Of a stretch of 64,000 nucleotides of DNA, positions 1-11,459 are shown in pieces. Position numbers and translations under genes: made by a program. Numbering within the stretch: the first letter of the stretch is position 1; each line of letters opens with the position of its first letter. Origin of the DNA: Octopus vulgaris (lineage: Eukaryota); NCBI GenBank assembly GCA_951406725.2, contig OX597825.1, forward strand, positions 49,228,001 to 49,292,000. The letters run 5' to 3'. The notes beneath the pieces were generated by a model that saw only the letters and a program-made list of their open reading frames with translations, searched no databases and was not told the origin of the DNA.

Positions 1-909
1 TTACAGGCACAGAAATACATGTTGATGAATAAATGTGTAAGAGTGGTAATCGGTGATATGTTAGAAAGAATATAATTAAAGTTACCGAAGAGAACTATAA
101 AGTTAAATGTATTTGTATGTGTGTGTGTGTGTGTGTGTGAAAGACAGATGGGAGAGAAAGAGGCATGTGCGTATGAGTGGGCGTATATGCACATATGTGT
201 ACACACACATGTACTATATGTACGTGCACAAATAATTACATGTACGCACAAACACACATGCACGCACACACACTTACACCCCCCACACACACACACATTA
301 AGACTTAGTTTTGCGCAGCCATGATTCTAAAAGTTTTGAATTTTGAGAGGAGTAGGACATTTTTGATACTAATATACATACACATATAGTAATGAAAAAA
401 AGAAATAATCCATGGATGGAATTTATAAATATTTTAATGCATCGCTACACATGTTATGAAGGTCCTGCTTTACAAAAAAAAAAAAGAAAAAGAAAAAAGG
501 ATAAAAATTCGACTGAAATTCCTAAACATAGTGCTTCAGTATGGTTGCAGACTGAAGCAAATAAAAGGTTGGAGGTAAAATGCAAAATTAAATACAGTAA
601 ATTTGTGGTTTGCATTAAATATCTATTTCGATTTTCGTGTCTTTTTTTATGCTCAAAATATCTAGGGAGGGAGCGAATAACGTTATTGATATTATCGATT
701 GTATATATATATATATATATATTATATAATTAGGGCTTAGTAAAATAAATTACTTTGCCACATACTGGACTTAGTAGAAATAGCAGCCAAAAAAAATTTT
801 CTTAGCATTTCTACTACTTAAAGAAAATTTCTCTCAGATAATGTTTACTCCAGACAGCTCACGAAGGTTTGGGGGTAAATACAGAAAAATATCACAAGTA
901 CATAGATCG

Positions 910-972
910 TTTGAGTACGTCAACGTTTCAAGATTAGCCAAATAAAATCAGCATTTCTTTCGTCAGCTCAAA
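910..972 (-). ncRNA. Type I hammerhead ribozyme, intact core
   Basis: Minus strand reads UUUGAG-CUGACGA-AAGA(aau)GCUGA uuuuau UUGGC(uaa)UCUU-GAAA-CGUUGACG-UA-CUCAAA. Stem I UUUGAG/CUCAAA (6 bp), core CUGANGA and GAAA, stem II closed by AAGA/UCUU, stem III ACG(UUGA)CGU, GUA cleavage triplet at 918-916. Confidence 0.78.
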
Positions 973-1374
973 ATTTCTTAATTTGGATTTGGAAACACTA
1001 AAAAGAAGGAACTTTACCTATCAGCGAACTTGTCGCTTCAGATGAACCACTCCAACTAACAGTGTCAACAAATTCAAAATGCGCAGGCGTAAAATTCTGC
1101 ACTCCCCATTCTACCCACGTGGTCTATCTAGCAAACATCATATTTTAACCGCGAGAACCGAGGCAGTATGACCGAGAGAAATGAATCATAATATCAACAA
1201 TTGAGGGTAAAATTAATTAATTATATATATATATGATTTTGATTTTTGATTTTTCCAGTTTCAGCTAATGAGCTGTGGCCATGCTGAGGCATATATATAT
1301 ATATATATATATATACAATCGATAATATATATTTGATTAGAGTGAAGTGAATCAAAAATCGTGAGGTAATTAGT

Positions 1375-1450
1375 GTCTTACAGCTGTTTCTGAGATATAT
1401 GAGGTGATGGGTCATTATCTCCATACACTGTGTATTCCGTCATCAGAGAC
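1375..1450 (-). ncRNA. Type I hammerhead ribozyme with palindromic stem III (Penelope-type); stem II imperfect
   Basis: Minus strand: GUCU-CUGAUGA-(49 nt containing GAGAUA/UAUCUC and AUACAC/GUGUAU pairings)-GAAA-CAGCUG-UA-AGAC. Palindrome ACAGCTGT at 1380-1387, GUA triplet, stem I GUCU/AGAC. Confidence 0.62.
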
Positions 1451-1561
1451 GAGGTGTGTATGCAGGGAAGTTCAAGACGGGATTCATAGTATATAAAAGA
1501 ATAAAACAGTAAATAGAAGAATAAAGACAGGAGAATAAAGTTCAAAGTTCATCTTGTTCTT

Positions 1562-1627
<66 letters not shown>

Positions 1628-1632
1628 ATTTC

Positions 1633-1663
<31 letters not shown>

Positions 1664-1673
1664 ATCTCTCTCT

Positions 1674-1727
<54 letters not shown>

Positions 1728-1731
<4 letters not shown>

Positions 1732-2086
1732 ATGCGTAAATAATGGACATTACATATTTTTCTTTATTGTAGTAAATTTGATTTACAGCTGTTTCCACAG
1801 GACTTTATAAATCCGTTATTGACAAGTTGGCATAATCTGCCTGTTCATAGGTTGACAAAAAAAGATGAACGACCTATAAAAGGAATGCTATATTCGTCAG
1901 AGTCATTTCTGGTTATGACGAAAATAGCATTAATTTTCTAGGTCATTCAATGTTTCCACACTGATCAATTGAACGATTGATTAAGCCTGTCAATAATGAA
2001 CCTGTAATGACAACAGGAAACAGCTATAAGTTAAATTTAGTACAAGAATGAAAAATATGCAATGACTATTATTTACGTTTTGTCTT
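1728..2086. repeat. ~360-bp imperfect palindrome (foldback) of two inverted HHR-like arms
   Basis: Left arm gagaatgcgtaaataatggacattacatatttttctttattgtagtaaatttgatttacagctgtttcc matches the reverse complement of the right arm (gacaaaacgtaaataatagtcattgcatatttttcattcttgtactaaatttaacttatagctgtttcc). Pairing continues inward (aatgctatattcgtca / tgacgaaaatagcatt) to a centre near 1907. Confidence 0.85.
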
Positions 2087-2255
2087 GTATATAAATCTGT
2101 GCAAAAATAAGTAAACCCAGGATTTACAATATAGAATCATGAGGAATTACAACCTCGGAATCAGCCACAAGTCCTTTACTAATTTAAACAATATTGTGAA
2201 CCTGGTGTACTAACAGAAAGCTTATAAAGTATTTCGATTCGATGTGTGTATGGAT

Positions 2256-2480
2256 GCGCGTGGGCTGGTGCTTAGGGTGTTGCAATCATGAATTTACGGT
2301 TACAGTTTCGAGGCCTGGACTGCGCGAAGTATTGTATTCTTGAACAAAATACTTCATTTCACATTGCTCCATCCAGTCAGCTACCAAAGATATGTAATAC
2401 TGCGATGATACAGCGTTCCGTCTTACGGGGTATATATACACCACAAAATCCAAGAAACCGGATTTTGAGCGTATATTTGG
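2256..2480 (+). mobile_element. Decayed tRNA-derived SINE (same family as 44715-45020)
   Basis: Degenerate tRNA-like head, then ttgaacaaaatacttcatttcacattgctcca, which matches ttgagcaagacacacggtttcacgttgctcca at ~44780. Confidence 0.5.
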
Positions 2481-2614
2481 AGTAGAAATATTGTTGCATC
2501 CTTTTTTTATATATATTTACGCATATGTACGCGTGTTAATGTGTGGTTGCGTGTGTGCGTAATAAATCTCACTCAAATTATACACATACGTACATACATG
2601 CATGCATACATACA

Positions 2615-2672
<58 letters not shown>

Positions 2673-2675
<3 letters not shown>

Positions 2676-2951
2676 GGTTATTCAAAAACAATGAACCGAT
2701 TTCATTACGCAATAACGAAAAACTCCATCTAAGTCACAAGTATTTACTCACAATCAACTTTTATTTCCTGTCTTACAAGTGTTAAATGTGGTCAACCCCT
2801 GTAGCACGGGCAACATCAAGGCGATAAGAGAATTCCTCCCAGACGCGTAACAGCGTATCGCGATCCACTGATTTGATTACTGTTGTTAATCGATGTTTAA
2901 GGTCACCGAGGTTAGCGGGTATCAGTGAAACATAATCGCGATCTTTTACAT
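2673..2951 (-). mobile_element. Tc1/mariner-superfamily (Tc3-like) transposon 3' end with TIR, left arm
   Basis: TA|CAGGGTTATTCAAAAACAAT terminus in a TA run. Minus strand translates VKDRDYVSLIPANLGDLKHRLTTVIKSVDRDTLLRVWEEFSYRLDVARATGVDHI*HL*, a typical DDD/E transposase C-terminus. Confidence 0.8.
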
Positions 2952-5900
2952 GGTAGATGAGGAGTTCAGCTGCTGCGGAAAGGTGTTTGCTAGTTACATC
3001 GGGCTAAGAATCCACCAAGGGAAGGTGTGTCAGAAGAAAGTAATTCAACAACGCGGGTTAATAAACCATAAGACGTGTGGCCAGAACCCCTGGAAAATAA
3101 CCATAGCGAGGTTCATTCTACAGTTGAATTGGAACAGTCAAAAATACTGATAGGCGCGAGAGGACAAAGATTAAATTGCCGAAAGCAAATGACGCGGCGA
3201 GTTATAAAAAATTTGACGACGGGATAGCAAGAATGAGCACCAAATTCAAAGGCGACGACCAACAAAGCTCGAAAACCTGGCTAATACAATCTACCAGGAA
3301 GGAGAGAAAAGATTTGGACTGGAAACAAACGGGAAGGTAGAATCAACGGCAAAGAGCGGACCATCGAGGAGAGAAAGACGGATAACAAAGATTCGAGAAG
3401 AGAAGAAAAAACTCAGAACCAGATGGAGGGATGCAAATGAGGAGGGAAGTGAAGGGCTAAAGCAGCTATACGAAGAGATAAAAAAGAGGCATCGAGATCT
3501 GCTAAGAAAACAAAGAAGGAGGAGCAGAAGAAAGGAGAGAGAAAAACTATCGTAGCTTTGTGAACAATCCCTATCAATATGCGAAACATCTATTTACTGA
3601 AAGTAAAAACGGAAAATCGGATTGCACGAAAGAAGAGCTCGAACAACACCTGAAAGAGACATACAGCGACTCTGACAGAATTGAAGTACTCCCAGAAATG
3701 CACGGACTGAAGAAACCACCTGAACCATGAGTACCATTTGATTTGAGCGACATCAAACGGAAAGAAATGGATGAGTTCATAAGAAAAGCAAGAGCAAAAA
3801 GCGCACCAGGGAACGATGGAGTGAGCTACAAAGTATATAAATATTGCCCGAAATTACGCTTGCAGCCGTTTGCACTGATAAGAGAAATGTGGAAGATGTA
3901 GCGGAGCGATGGTGTATAACCGAAGGTATCTATCTACCTAAACAAAAATAGGTCAATTTAGATCAATTTCACTACTAAGTACAGACGGAAAAATCATGTT
4001 TGGAATAATTGGTAGACGAATCATAAGATTCGTACAGCATAACGGGTACGTTAATGAAGCAATCCAAAAAGCAGGAATCGCCGGAATCCTTGAGTGCATA
4101 GAACACGCATTTGCCATCTGAGAAGCCATCACCTGTGCAAAAGAAATGCAGAAAAACCTGTATATTGTTTGGCTAGATCTTGCCAATGCTTATGGATCTG
4201 TTCCGCACGCAATAATAAAAACAGCGATGGACTTCGTTTGGATTCCAAAAGACGTTCAACGAATGCTCATGTCGTACTACGACAACCTGAGGATGAGATT
4301 TAAGCAGGAAAGTTCACAACGGAGTGGCAACGGCTTGAAATAGGTATTGCAGCCGGATGCACGATATCAGTCATCTTATTCGTGCTAGTCATGGAAATGC
4401 TACTCAGATCTACAAACTGTGAGAAAGCTGTAACAAAGACACCATTAAGGGCTTCTATGGAAGACGTAACTATATTATCGGAAAGTAAAGAACCAGCAGA
4501 GGAACGTTAGAGCGGTTAGACGAACTGATAGGATGGGCAAGGATGAAATTCAAAGCCCAAAATCTCGAAGCGAGGCTTTCGTGAAAGGAAGGCAAGAAGA
4601 AGTGAAGTTCAAGTGAAAGAACAACCAGTAAAGAGTCTCGGCAGATGGTATAGAGATTTATTAAATGATTAGAAGCAAGGGAAAGAAACACACGAGTTAG
4701 TATAGCAGGATTAAAGGCAAATTGACATAACAACGCTGCCGGGAAAAAATCAAATGTTGGATACTGCAATTTGGGCTGTATCCAAGAATAATGTGGCCAT
4801 TGCAAATGTACGAAATAGCCTCGAGTAGAGTAGAAAGGATGGAACAAAGATGAAGTGGGTTTATCAGAAAATGGCTTGGTCTGCCGAAACCACTGAATAC
4901 AACTGCACTATATGGAAAAACCGTGCTGCAACTACCAATAGCATCAATCGCCGTAGAATATAAGGCAGGAGAGGCAAGGACAGTAATGATGCTAAGGTAT
5001 TCAAAAGATCAGAGCATCCGGGAAAACCTTCCAAAGGTACGAAAAAGGAGGAAATGGAAGGCGGAAGAGGCAGTAAACAGGGCGATCGAAAATCTAAGGC
5101 ACGCAGATATAGTCGGAGCGACGCAAGAAGCTAGAACCGGCCTAGGGTCGCAAAATTTCAGGCCATTTTGCAAGAGCAGTGTAAAAGAGACGAAAGAGGC
5201 AGTGATATACGAAGTGAAAAAGGAAGAAGAAGAAAGGCGAAATGTACATTTGGTGCAATGCAGTCAACAGGGACAGTGCCTGAGATGGGAGGAATATGTG
5301 ATAAACCGCAGAATATCATGGAAGGAACTTTGGGCGTGGGAACAAGCAAGAACATCCTTCCTGATCAAGTCTACCTTCGACTTTCTACCCTCACCGGCGA
5401 ACTTAGTCCGGTGGAACATAAAAACAACCGATGAATGTAGATGCGGATCGAAAGCGACGGTTAGACATATTCTGTCAAATTGCAGACTAGCACTAGAAAG
5501 ATATACATGGCGGCATAATCAAGTCCTCAGCGTCATAAGCGCAGCACTCAAGAAGAAGATCGAGAGGTACAATAGGGAAGAGTACCCAAAAGTTGAAAAG
5601 CGCAGGAAAGTATACTTCTACAAGGAGGGAAAATGATATAAAACCAGGCCTACAAGTAAAGTATACGAGACAGACGAAAGATGGAAGGGATACTGGGAGG
5701 TGACCACGGACTTGGAAAGGCAAGTAATATTTCCATTAATAAAAACAACAAAAAGACCGGATTTAGTCCTATGGAACAGAAACCGGAGAATAGGAATTTT
5801 ACTAGAACTGACAGTACCTTGGGAAGAGAACATCGCCAATGCAGAGGAACGAAAGGATAATCGAAGAATGCAGAGAACAGGGATGGAATGTCGAATATTA

Positions 5901-6560
5901 TCACCTGGCAGTGGGGGCTATAGGCTTCATTGAAAGGAAAATGACAACGCTTTTCAAAAGAAGATTTGTTTTTCTAGCTCCGAGCTGCGAAAACTAATCA
6001 GGAGAGTACAGGAGGCGGCAGAAAAAACCAGCTTCTATATATGGCTGAAGCAGGAAGACCGAAAATGGCTTGAAAGTCATAACATGCCGGCGGGAAATAA
6101 CATCATTAGGTGAGACAAACTGACACTGAATCAGCTTCGCTGACTGACAGGTGACGGTCGTTTAGAAAATGCGCGGGCTAAAACTACGCGCCTTCACTAG
6201 TCAGTTAAGGTGAGACAGTGTCACGTGACAACTTGCTGGGGATGCCTGCTGGAGCCCGCGGCAGGTATTTAAAGGGGAAAATTTGACAAGTCAGTCAGTC
6301 ACCGGCTGACACTCGCTGACGATACATCGAAGAGGCCCGGGAACAGAAGAAAGAAGAAGAAAGAAGACATGCACCCCACACCAGAGCTGAAGACACCGCC
6401 AAAAGGGGGGGGGCGCCACGTCAAAACGGTAGAAGAGTAGGGGCCGAAACCGGACGTGGTTCCTGTCTTGAGCTAACTGGATCCTATAAAGGAGCTGTTG
6501 TGGTAGCAGACAACGAAACACGGTTGTAATTCCTTCCCTGCCCACATAAAAAAAAAGAAA
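2950..6560 (+). mobile_element. HERO-clade non-LTR retrotransposon (RT + restriction-like endonuclease), near full length, decayed
   Basis: N-terminal Zn finger CCGKVFASYIGLRIHQGKVC. RT motifs SAPGNDG, VWLDLANAYGSVPH, GIAAGCTISVILF. CCHC CRCGSKATVRHILSNC, RYTWRHNQVL, RLE RPDLVLWN...LLELTVPWEEN. Many stops and frameshifts. GC-rich 3' UTR ~6113-6547 ending in an A-rich tail at 6548-6561. Confidence 0.88.
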
Positions 6561-6561
6561 A

Positions 6562-6762
6562 TCACGCACATCTAATAACAAAAGCGATCAGCTCAGTCGA
6601 TTGCGATATGCTGATATGCGTCTGAGGGGAATTCTCTTATCGCATTGATGTTACCCGTGCTACAGGGGGTGGCCACATTAAAGTTAATTGTGAGCAAATA
6701 CTTAGGGAGCCTTATTAAAATATTGCGTAATTAAATCGTTAGATTGTTTTTGAATAACCTTG
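6562..6762 (+). mobile_element. Tc1/mariner 3' end with TIR, right arm (inverted copy of 2673-2951)
   Basis: gaattctcttatcgcattgatgttacccgtgctacaggg matches the left arm. Ends ATTGTTTTTGAATAACCTTG|TA. Confidence 0.8.
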
Positions 6763-7274
6763 TATATACATATACACACATATATATACACATGTATATA
6801 CACAAATACAAACATACATACAAACATACATGCATACATATATACGTACTTACGTATGTATGTATATATATATATATATATATATACACATTCATAGACC
6901 TATATATACGTTTATATACACGGTTCCTGCATCATGCTTTGGGAAATAATGCACTACTGTGCTCCAGTCATACTAACATAACGGATCGTATCATATACAA
7001 GATTCGACAACCCGATTCAATACCAGAGTGAAAGATTATGCTAAACCCTATGAACACCACATGTAGAAAATTGCATTATAAAGACCCTCTGCACATTTAA
7101 CACACAAGCAACAAGCAACATAAAAGCCTGAAATATTTCTGCACGACATACATGACAATCGCATTTAAATAATTGTTATGGGAACAGAAATGACGGTAAT
7201 GGTGCACAAAAGTCAAGTTTAGAGCACATGAATTACCTAGTTGGCTTAGGTATTGGATAAAAACTCTCTCTTTT

Positions 7275-7334
<60 letters not shown>

Positions 7335-7521
7335 ATGTGTGTGTGTGTGTGTGTGTGTAACTGTGCCAGTTACGAAATCCTGCGGGATTGATAGAGAATA
7401 ATGTCGTGTGAGACATGTTCTTTATTCTGTGCAAGATTTAATTCTAGCGTCGAATGAATTTAATTTTGTTTATTTTTATGAATACCTTCCAAAAAGGAAG
7501 AAAATTTTATGTATGTCGTAA

Positions 7522-7536
7522 ATGCTGCTGCTGCTG

Positions 7537-7587
<51 letters not shown>

Positions 7588-7620
7588 ATAATAATAATAA
7601 TAATAATACCACAACCACCA
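7522..7620. repeat. Compound microsatellite (GCT)n(ACT)n(AAT)n
   Basis: Read directly from the sequence. Confidence 0.95.
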
Positions 7621-7699
7621 GTAATAGAATTAGTAGTACTAGTTGCAGAATCGCTAGGACACCGGATAAAATGCATAATGAAATTTTCTTCCAGCTTTA

Positions 7700-7765
7700 C
7701 AGTTTCAGTTTAAGTTTCGCTGAGGTCGACTTGGCCTTTCATCCGTTTTTGGTCATTAAAATTAG
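7700..7765 (+). mobile_element. SINE core fragment (Meta-domain-like)
   Basis: gaggtcgacttggcctttcatccgtttttggtcattaaaatta matches the core at 36634-36682. Confidence 0.55.
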
Positions 7766-7782
7766 CCCCTTTTGCTATAATT

Positions 7783-9420
7783 CCTAGGGCACCTATGACT
7801 ACAGGTATTGTTTTAGTCTTCTGGTTCCACATTTTGCTAATTTCTATTTCAAGATCTTTATAATTGCTCAGTTTTTGACAGATACATTTATATCGATCGG
7901 GAAGATTATATCAATGAGGAGGCATGATTTTTGCTAGAAGTCTTTCAATATGATGTCTAGCCTATTTGCATCTATCTTTGTCAGTTTGAATGGTGAAGTT
8001 CCAGAGGAGTGCGATGTGATCATTTTCAAGCAGTTTGTGTTCCCACCAGTTTTATCATGGGGCAAGTCCAGGTTTTTGCAAATTACCCAGTGAATATATT
8101 GTGCAGCTCTATCATGCCTGTTGAGATACTCTGTAGCCGCAAGAAAACAGCACATGGCGTCAACATGATCAATAATCTCATTTTGTAGTTGACATATGCG
8201 ATATATCGGGGAGCTGCCGTTGATTAATATGTTGGCCTGGTAGTTCCTTGTAGGTAGGCATTGATCTTGGGCTGCTATGATAAACCCAGCTGTTTCTGAT
8301 TTTAAGCCAGAAGCTATTAGCTATTAATGGGAAAGTATTTGTCAACATCAGCATTATTAGCTCTTTTTGGGTATTTGTCATTGAGCGGGATTTCTTGCCA
8401 TTACCAGTTAGGATATCTAAGGCAGTAGTTTTAGCACGGATTTTTATGCTTAACTTTTCCTGCGCTTGTTTCTTGTACATCTAATTCTGGAATTTGTTGT
8501 TTTCGGAATTCACTTAGATATTACTTTGCCTGTTATTTTACTGAGTATGATGCTTTCTTATTTTCATCTTTTGTGATCACTACATGTTTGATTCCGTTCC
8601 CTTGAATTACCCCTAGGTATTTGTAGCTCTCCGTGGCAATCTTCATTGTTAATACCAGTTGTAAAAGTCCATGGCCTCTCCCTTTTCTTGGCAGATAAAA
8701 TCGTTCTATATCTGACTTAGTGTGGTGCATTCTATGCATTGTCAACAGTTTTCGTATTTTTCTGTCAAGATTACATATTTCAGTAATTGTCCAGTTAATG
8801 ATATTGAAACTGTAAGTCACGACTGGTATGACTAAAGCACTGATTGCTTCGATCCTGTTTCTTGGATTCAGCTCTGTCTTCAGCATTGCTCTCACTCTGC
8901 AATAATATTCTCTTCTGATCCTTTTGCTCATCACTGCATGTTTAGGCTATGAAAAGCATTTTTATAGTCTATCCAGGCTAGTGACATGTTTTTATGTCGC
9001 TTGTAAGAATTTTCTAAAATCCTCTTATTAATGAGTAGCTGATCTTTACAACCATAAGATCCACATTTACACCTTTTTTGCTCATTAGGGAATATGCTAC
9101 TTTCTATTTAAAAAAAATATATATGTATATTCAGTCAGGACAGATGTTAGCGTTTTAAGCATTCTTGTTAAGCAGGTTTAAAATTGATAATTTTTGGTTC
9201 ATTTGTTTCTTGATTTTTTGAAAGTAGGAATGTTAAACCATTAACTAGCCAAGAAGGGATCAAACTAGTATGTTTCAAAGCATCGTTGTAAAGTTTTGTA
9301 AGTAGTTCATGGCTCTCTGGGAAGGCATTCAACCAGAAGTTAGGAATATTATCGTTTCCTGGAGACTTCAATTTACTTGACCTCCTGAGTGCAGATATTA
9401 TATCTTCTACCTTGTCTCCT
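7783..9420 (-). mobile_element. R4/Dong-clade non-LTR retrotransposon fragment, internally deleted
   Basis: KSPGNDNIPNFWL; IRREYYCRVRAMLKTELN...DRKIRKLLTMHRMHHTKSDIERFYLPRKGRGHGL; EYLNRHDRAAQYIHW; ANRLDII of the RLE domain. Confidence 0.85.
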
Positions 9421-9464
9421 CTAAGGAGTCTAAGGACTAGTGAGGGTGTGGGCTATGAAGGTCC

Positions 9465-9685
9465 CCTCTATTGCTGCTCCTGATCAGAGATGCACATATC
9501 GTCAGCTATTAAAGGTCATGCTCAACAAGTTAAGGTCAAATAAATGGCATGGATATCTGTGGTATGGAGCAGAATATTTACTGTAGCCCATCTTTTATAC
9601 CGATACAAAATAATGTATATGATGACTTTTCCAATCAGTTAAAATCAGAAGCCATGAGAGCCACTGCCTGGTACTGCTTCAGGGC

Positions 9686-9690
<5 letters not shown>
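9465..9690 (-). repeat. Interspersed repeat (inverted homologue of 15690-15830) abutting (ATT)n
   Basis: gagcagaatatttactgtagccca is the near reverse complement of tgggctacagcaaatattctgctc at ~15695. Confidence 0.65.
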
Positions 9691-9739
<49 letters not shown>

Positions 9740-9740
<1 letters not shown>

Positions 9741-11290
9741 CAGTAGTCTTATTTTCATCACGCACTTTTACTGTGCTATAGAGCTCAGCTCTGTGTAACA
9801 TGGGTATGTGCTGTGGTTTGTTTTGCTGTTGCTATTTTCACTGTATAAAAAGTGTTTTACGTAGCATATGTGTGGTGTCTAGTAGTACTATTTTCTGTAT
9901 CTTGCAAATATTCGTTAGTCTTTTTGTTTTGGTTATGTATTGGTCAGTATATTTTTTAATCATACCTAATGCACCGGTTATAATAGACATAGCTTCTGTT
10001 TTTAGGCTCCCCGTTCCAGTTATCACAATTTCCAGATTTTGTACTTTGAGAATTTCTCTATTTCTTTTAGAGATACATTGTCATCTGTTGAAATTGATAT
10101 ATCGGCTAGAAAGCATTTTAAAAAATAACTTCTGATATATTTGTCCTATCCGTTATATTAGCCGTGATTTTCTACTTGTATGTATTGGCATGTCCGAGAG
10201 TATGTTTACTTTGTCACTTTCTGAGACCTTTCCTGGTATATGCCTAAACAATCTTTTTCTGTTGTCAGTTCATAGTGTTGGCATAACCTCCAGTGTATAT
10301 AGGTCCCAACTTTGTCATGTTTGTGAATATATTCATTTTTAGCCAGTGTGAATATATTCCTTTTTAGCAAGAGTGGATATATTCCTTCTTAGCAAGTTGT
10401 GAATCCCAAATTCCGTCATTATCTTTAATGCCTTCCTATCTAGTTTGGTTAGCTCATTTAGAGCTTGTGTAGTGATACCTATTATCTAATTTTTCGCATT
10501 GAGCTTTGTTTTAAGTATTGATCTAACTCATCTATAGTATTTCTTATTTATCTTCTGTTTCATTTGTGCGCGTATTTTACCGTATCTACTTCATTGGTTC
10601 CTAAGTATTTGTGTGCCTGGCTGTTGTCTAATTCTCTTATTTCATTTGGTATATCTAGTACGTTATTATTACTCTTCACTAGTTCAAGGTTGCTTTGGCA
10701 CATTCTTCTAAGCCGAATTTTATGTTTATTTCTTTGATGAATTCATGCACTGTCTGTAGTAACATGTCCAACTGATTTTCATTCACAGCATACAGTTTTA
10801 GATGATCCATATACCAGAAATTTTTGATTGTCCCACCGTAGCAGTTGTATTCACACCCAGTTCTGTTTAGCATGTAGGTTAATGGCGTCAATGCCAAGCA
10901 GAAAAACAGTGGAGAGCGAAACTCCTTCGAATATTCCTCCTCTAATGGGGATGGCTTTAGTTTTTTTGAGTCACTATTTTGTCTTGGCTGCAGCATTGTT
11001 TGCTATTTATTCATGGCTAGTGTTTCCAGGATCTATGCGTGAAGAATATTGTGAACAGCCTTTCGATAATCATTTCAAGCCCTGCTTAGACCTTCCTCTT
11101 TCTTTCGGCTGTCTTCGGTTGTGCCTTTATTTATCGATAACTGATTTTTAGAGCCACATAAGCCTCTCCAGCATCCCTTCTGCTCTTCTGGAAGCAAATT
11201 GTTTTCTTCCAGATGTTTGCTCATTCTCTGCGATATTATTGAAATTAAGGCCTTGTAAACGGTGGGGAGACATATTATGGGTCTCTGCTA
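9740..11290 (-). mobile_element. R4/Dong-clade fragment with 3' UTR ending at a (TAA)n tract
   Basis: RT: SPLFFCLALTPL...YMDHLKLYA...IKFGLEECA. C-terminus IITGALGMIKK...IQKIVLLDTTHMLRKTL*. The 3' UTR at 9740-9837 is homologous to a second UTR copy at ~11334-11400. Confidence 0.82.
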
Positions 11291-11459
11291 TCCCCTTCCA
11301 CCTTCTCCTCCTCCTCCTCCTCATCATCATTATTCAGTAGTTTTATATTTATCATGAACCTTCACTGTACTACCGAACGAAGTTCTGCATGCCTTGGGAA
11401 TTTGCTTTGGTTTATTTTAAGGTTGTAACTTCTAATGTCTGGATTTCCGCAGCATTACC

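Noticed and set aside
6310-6535. Hammerhead in the HERO 3' UTR (CTGACGA, CTGAAGA and two CGAAAC words)
   Set aside because: No arrangement gave both stem I and stem II adjacent to the core.
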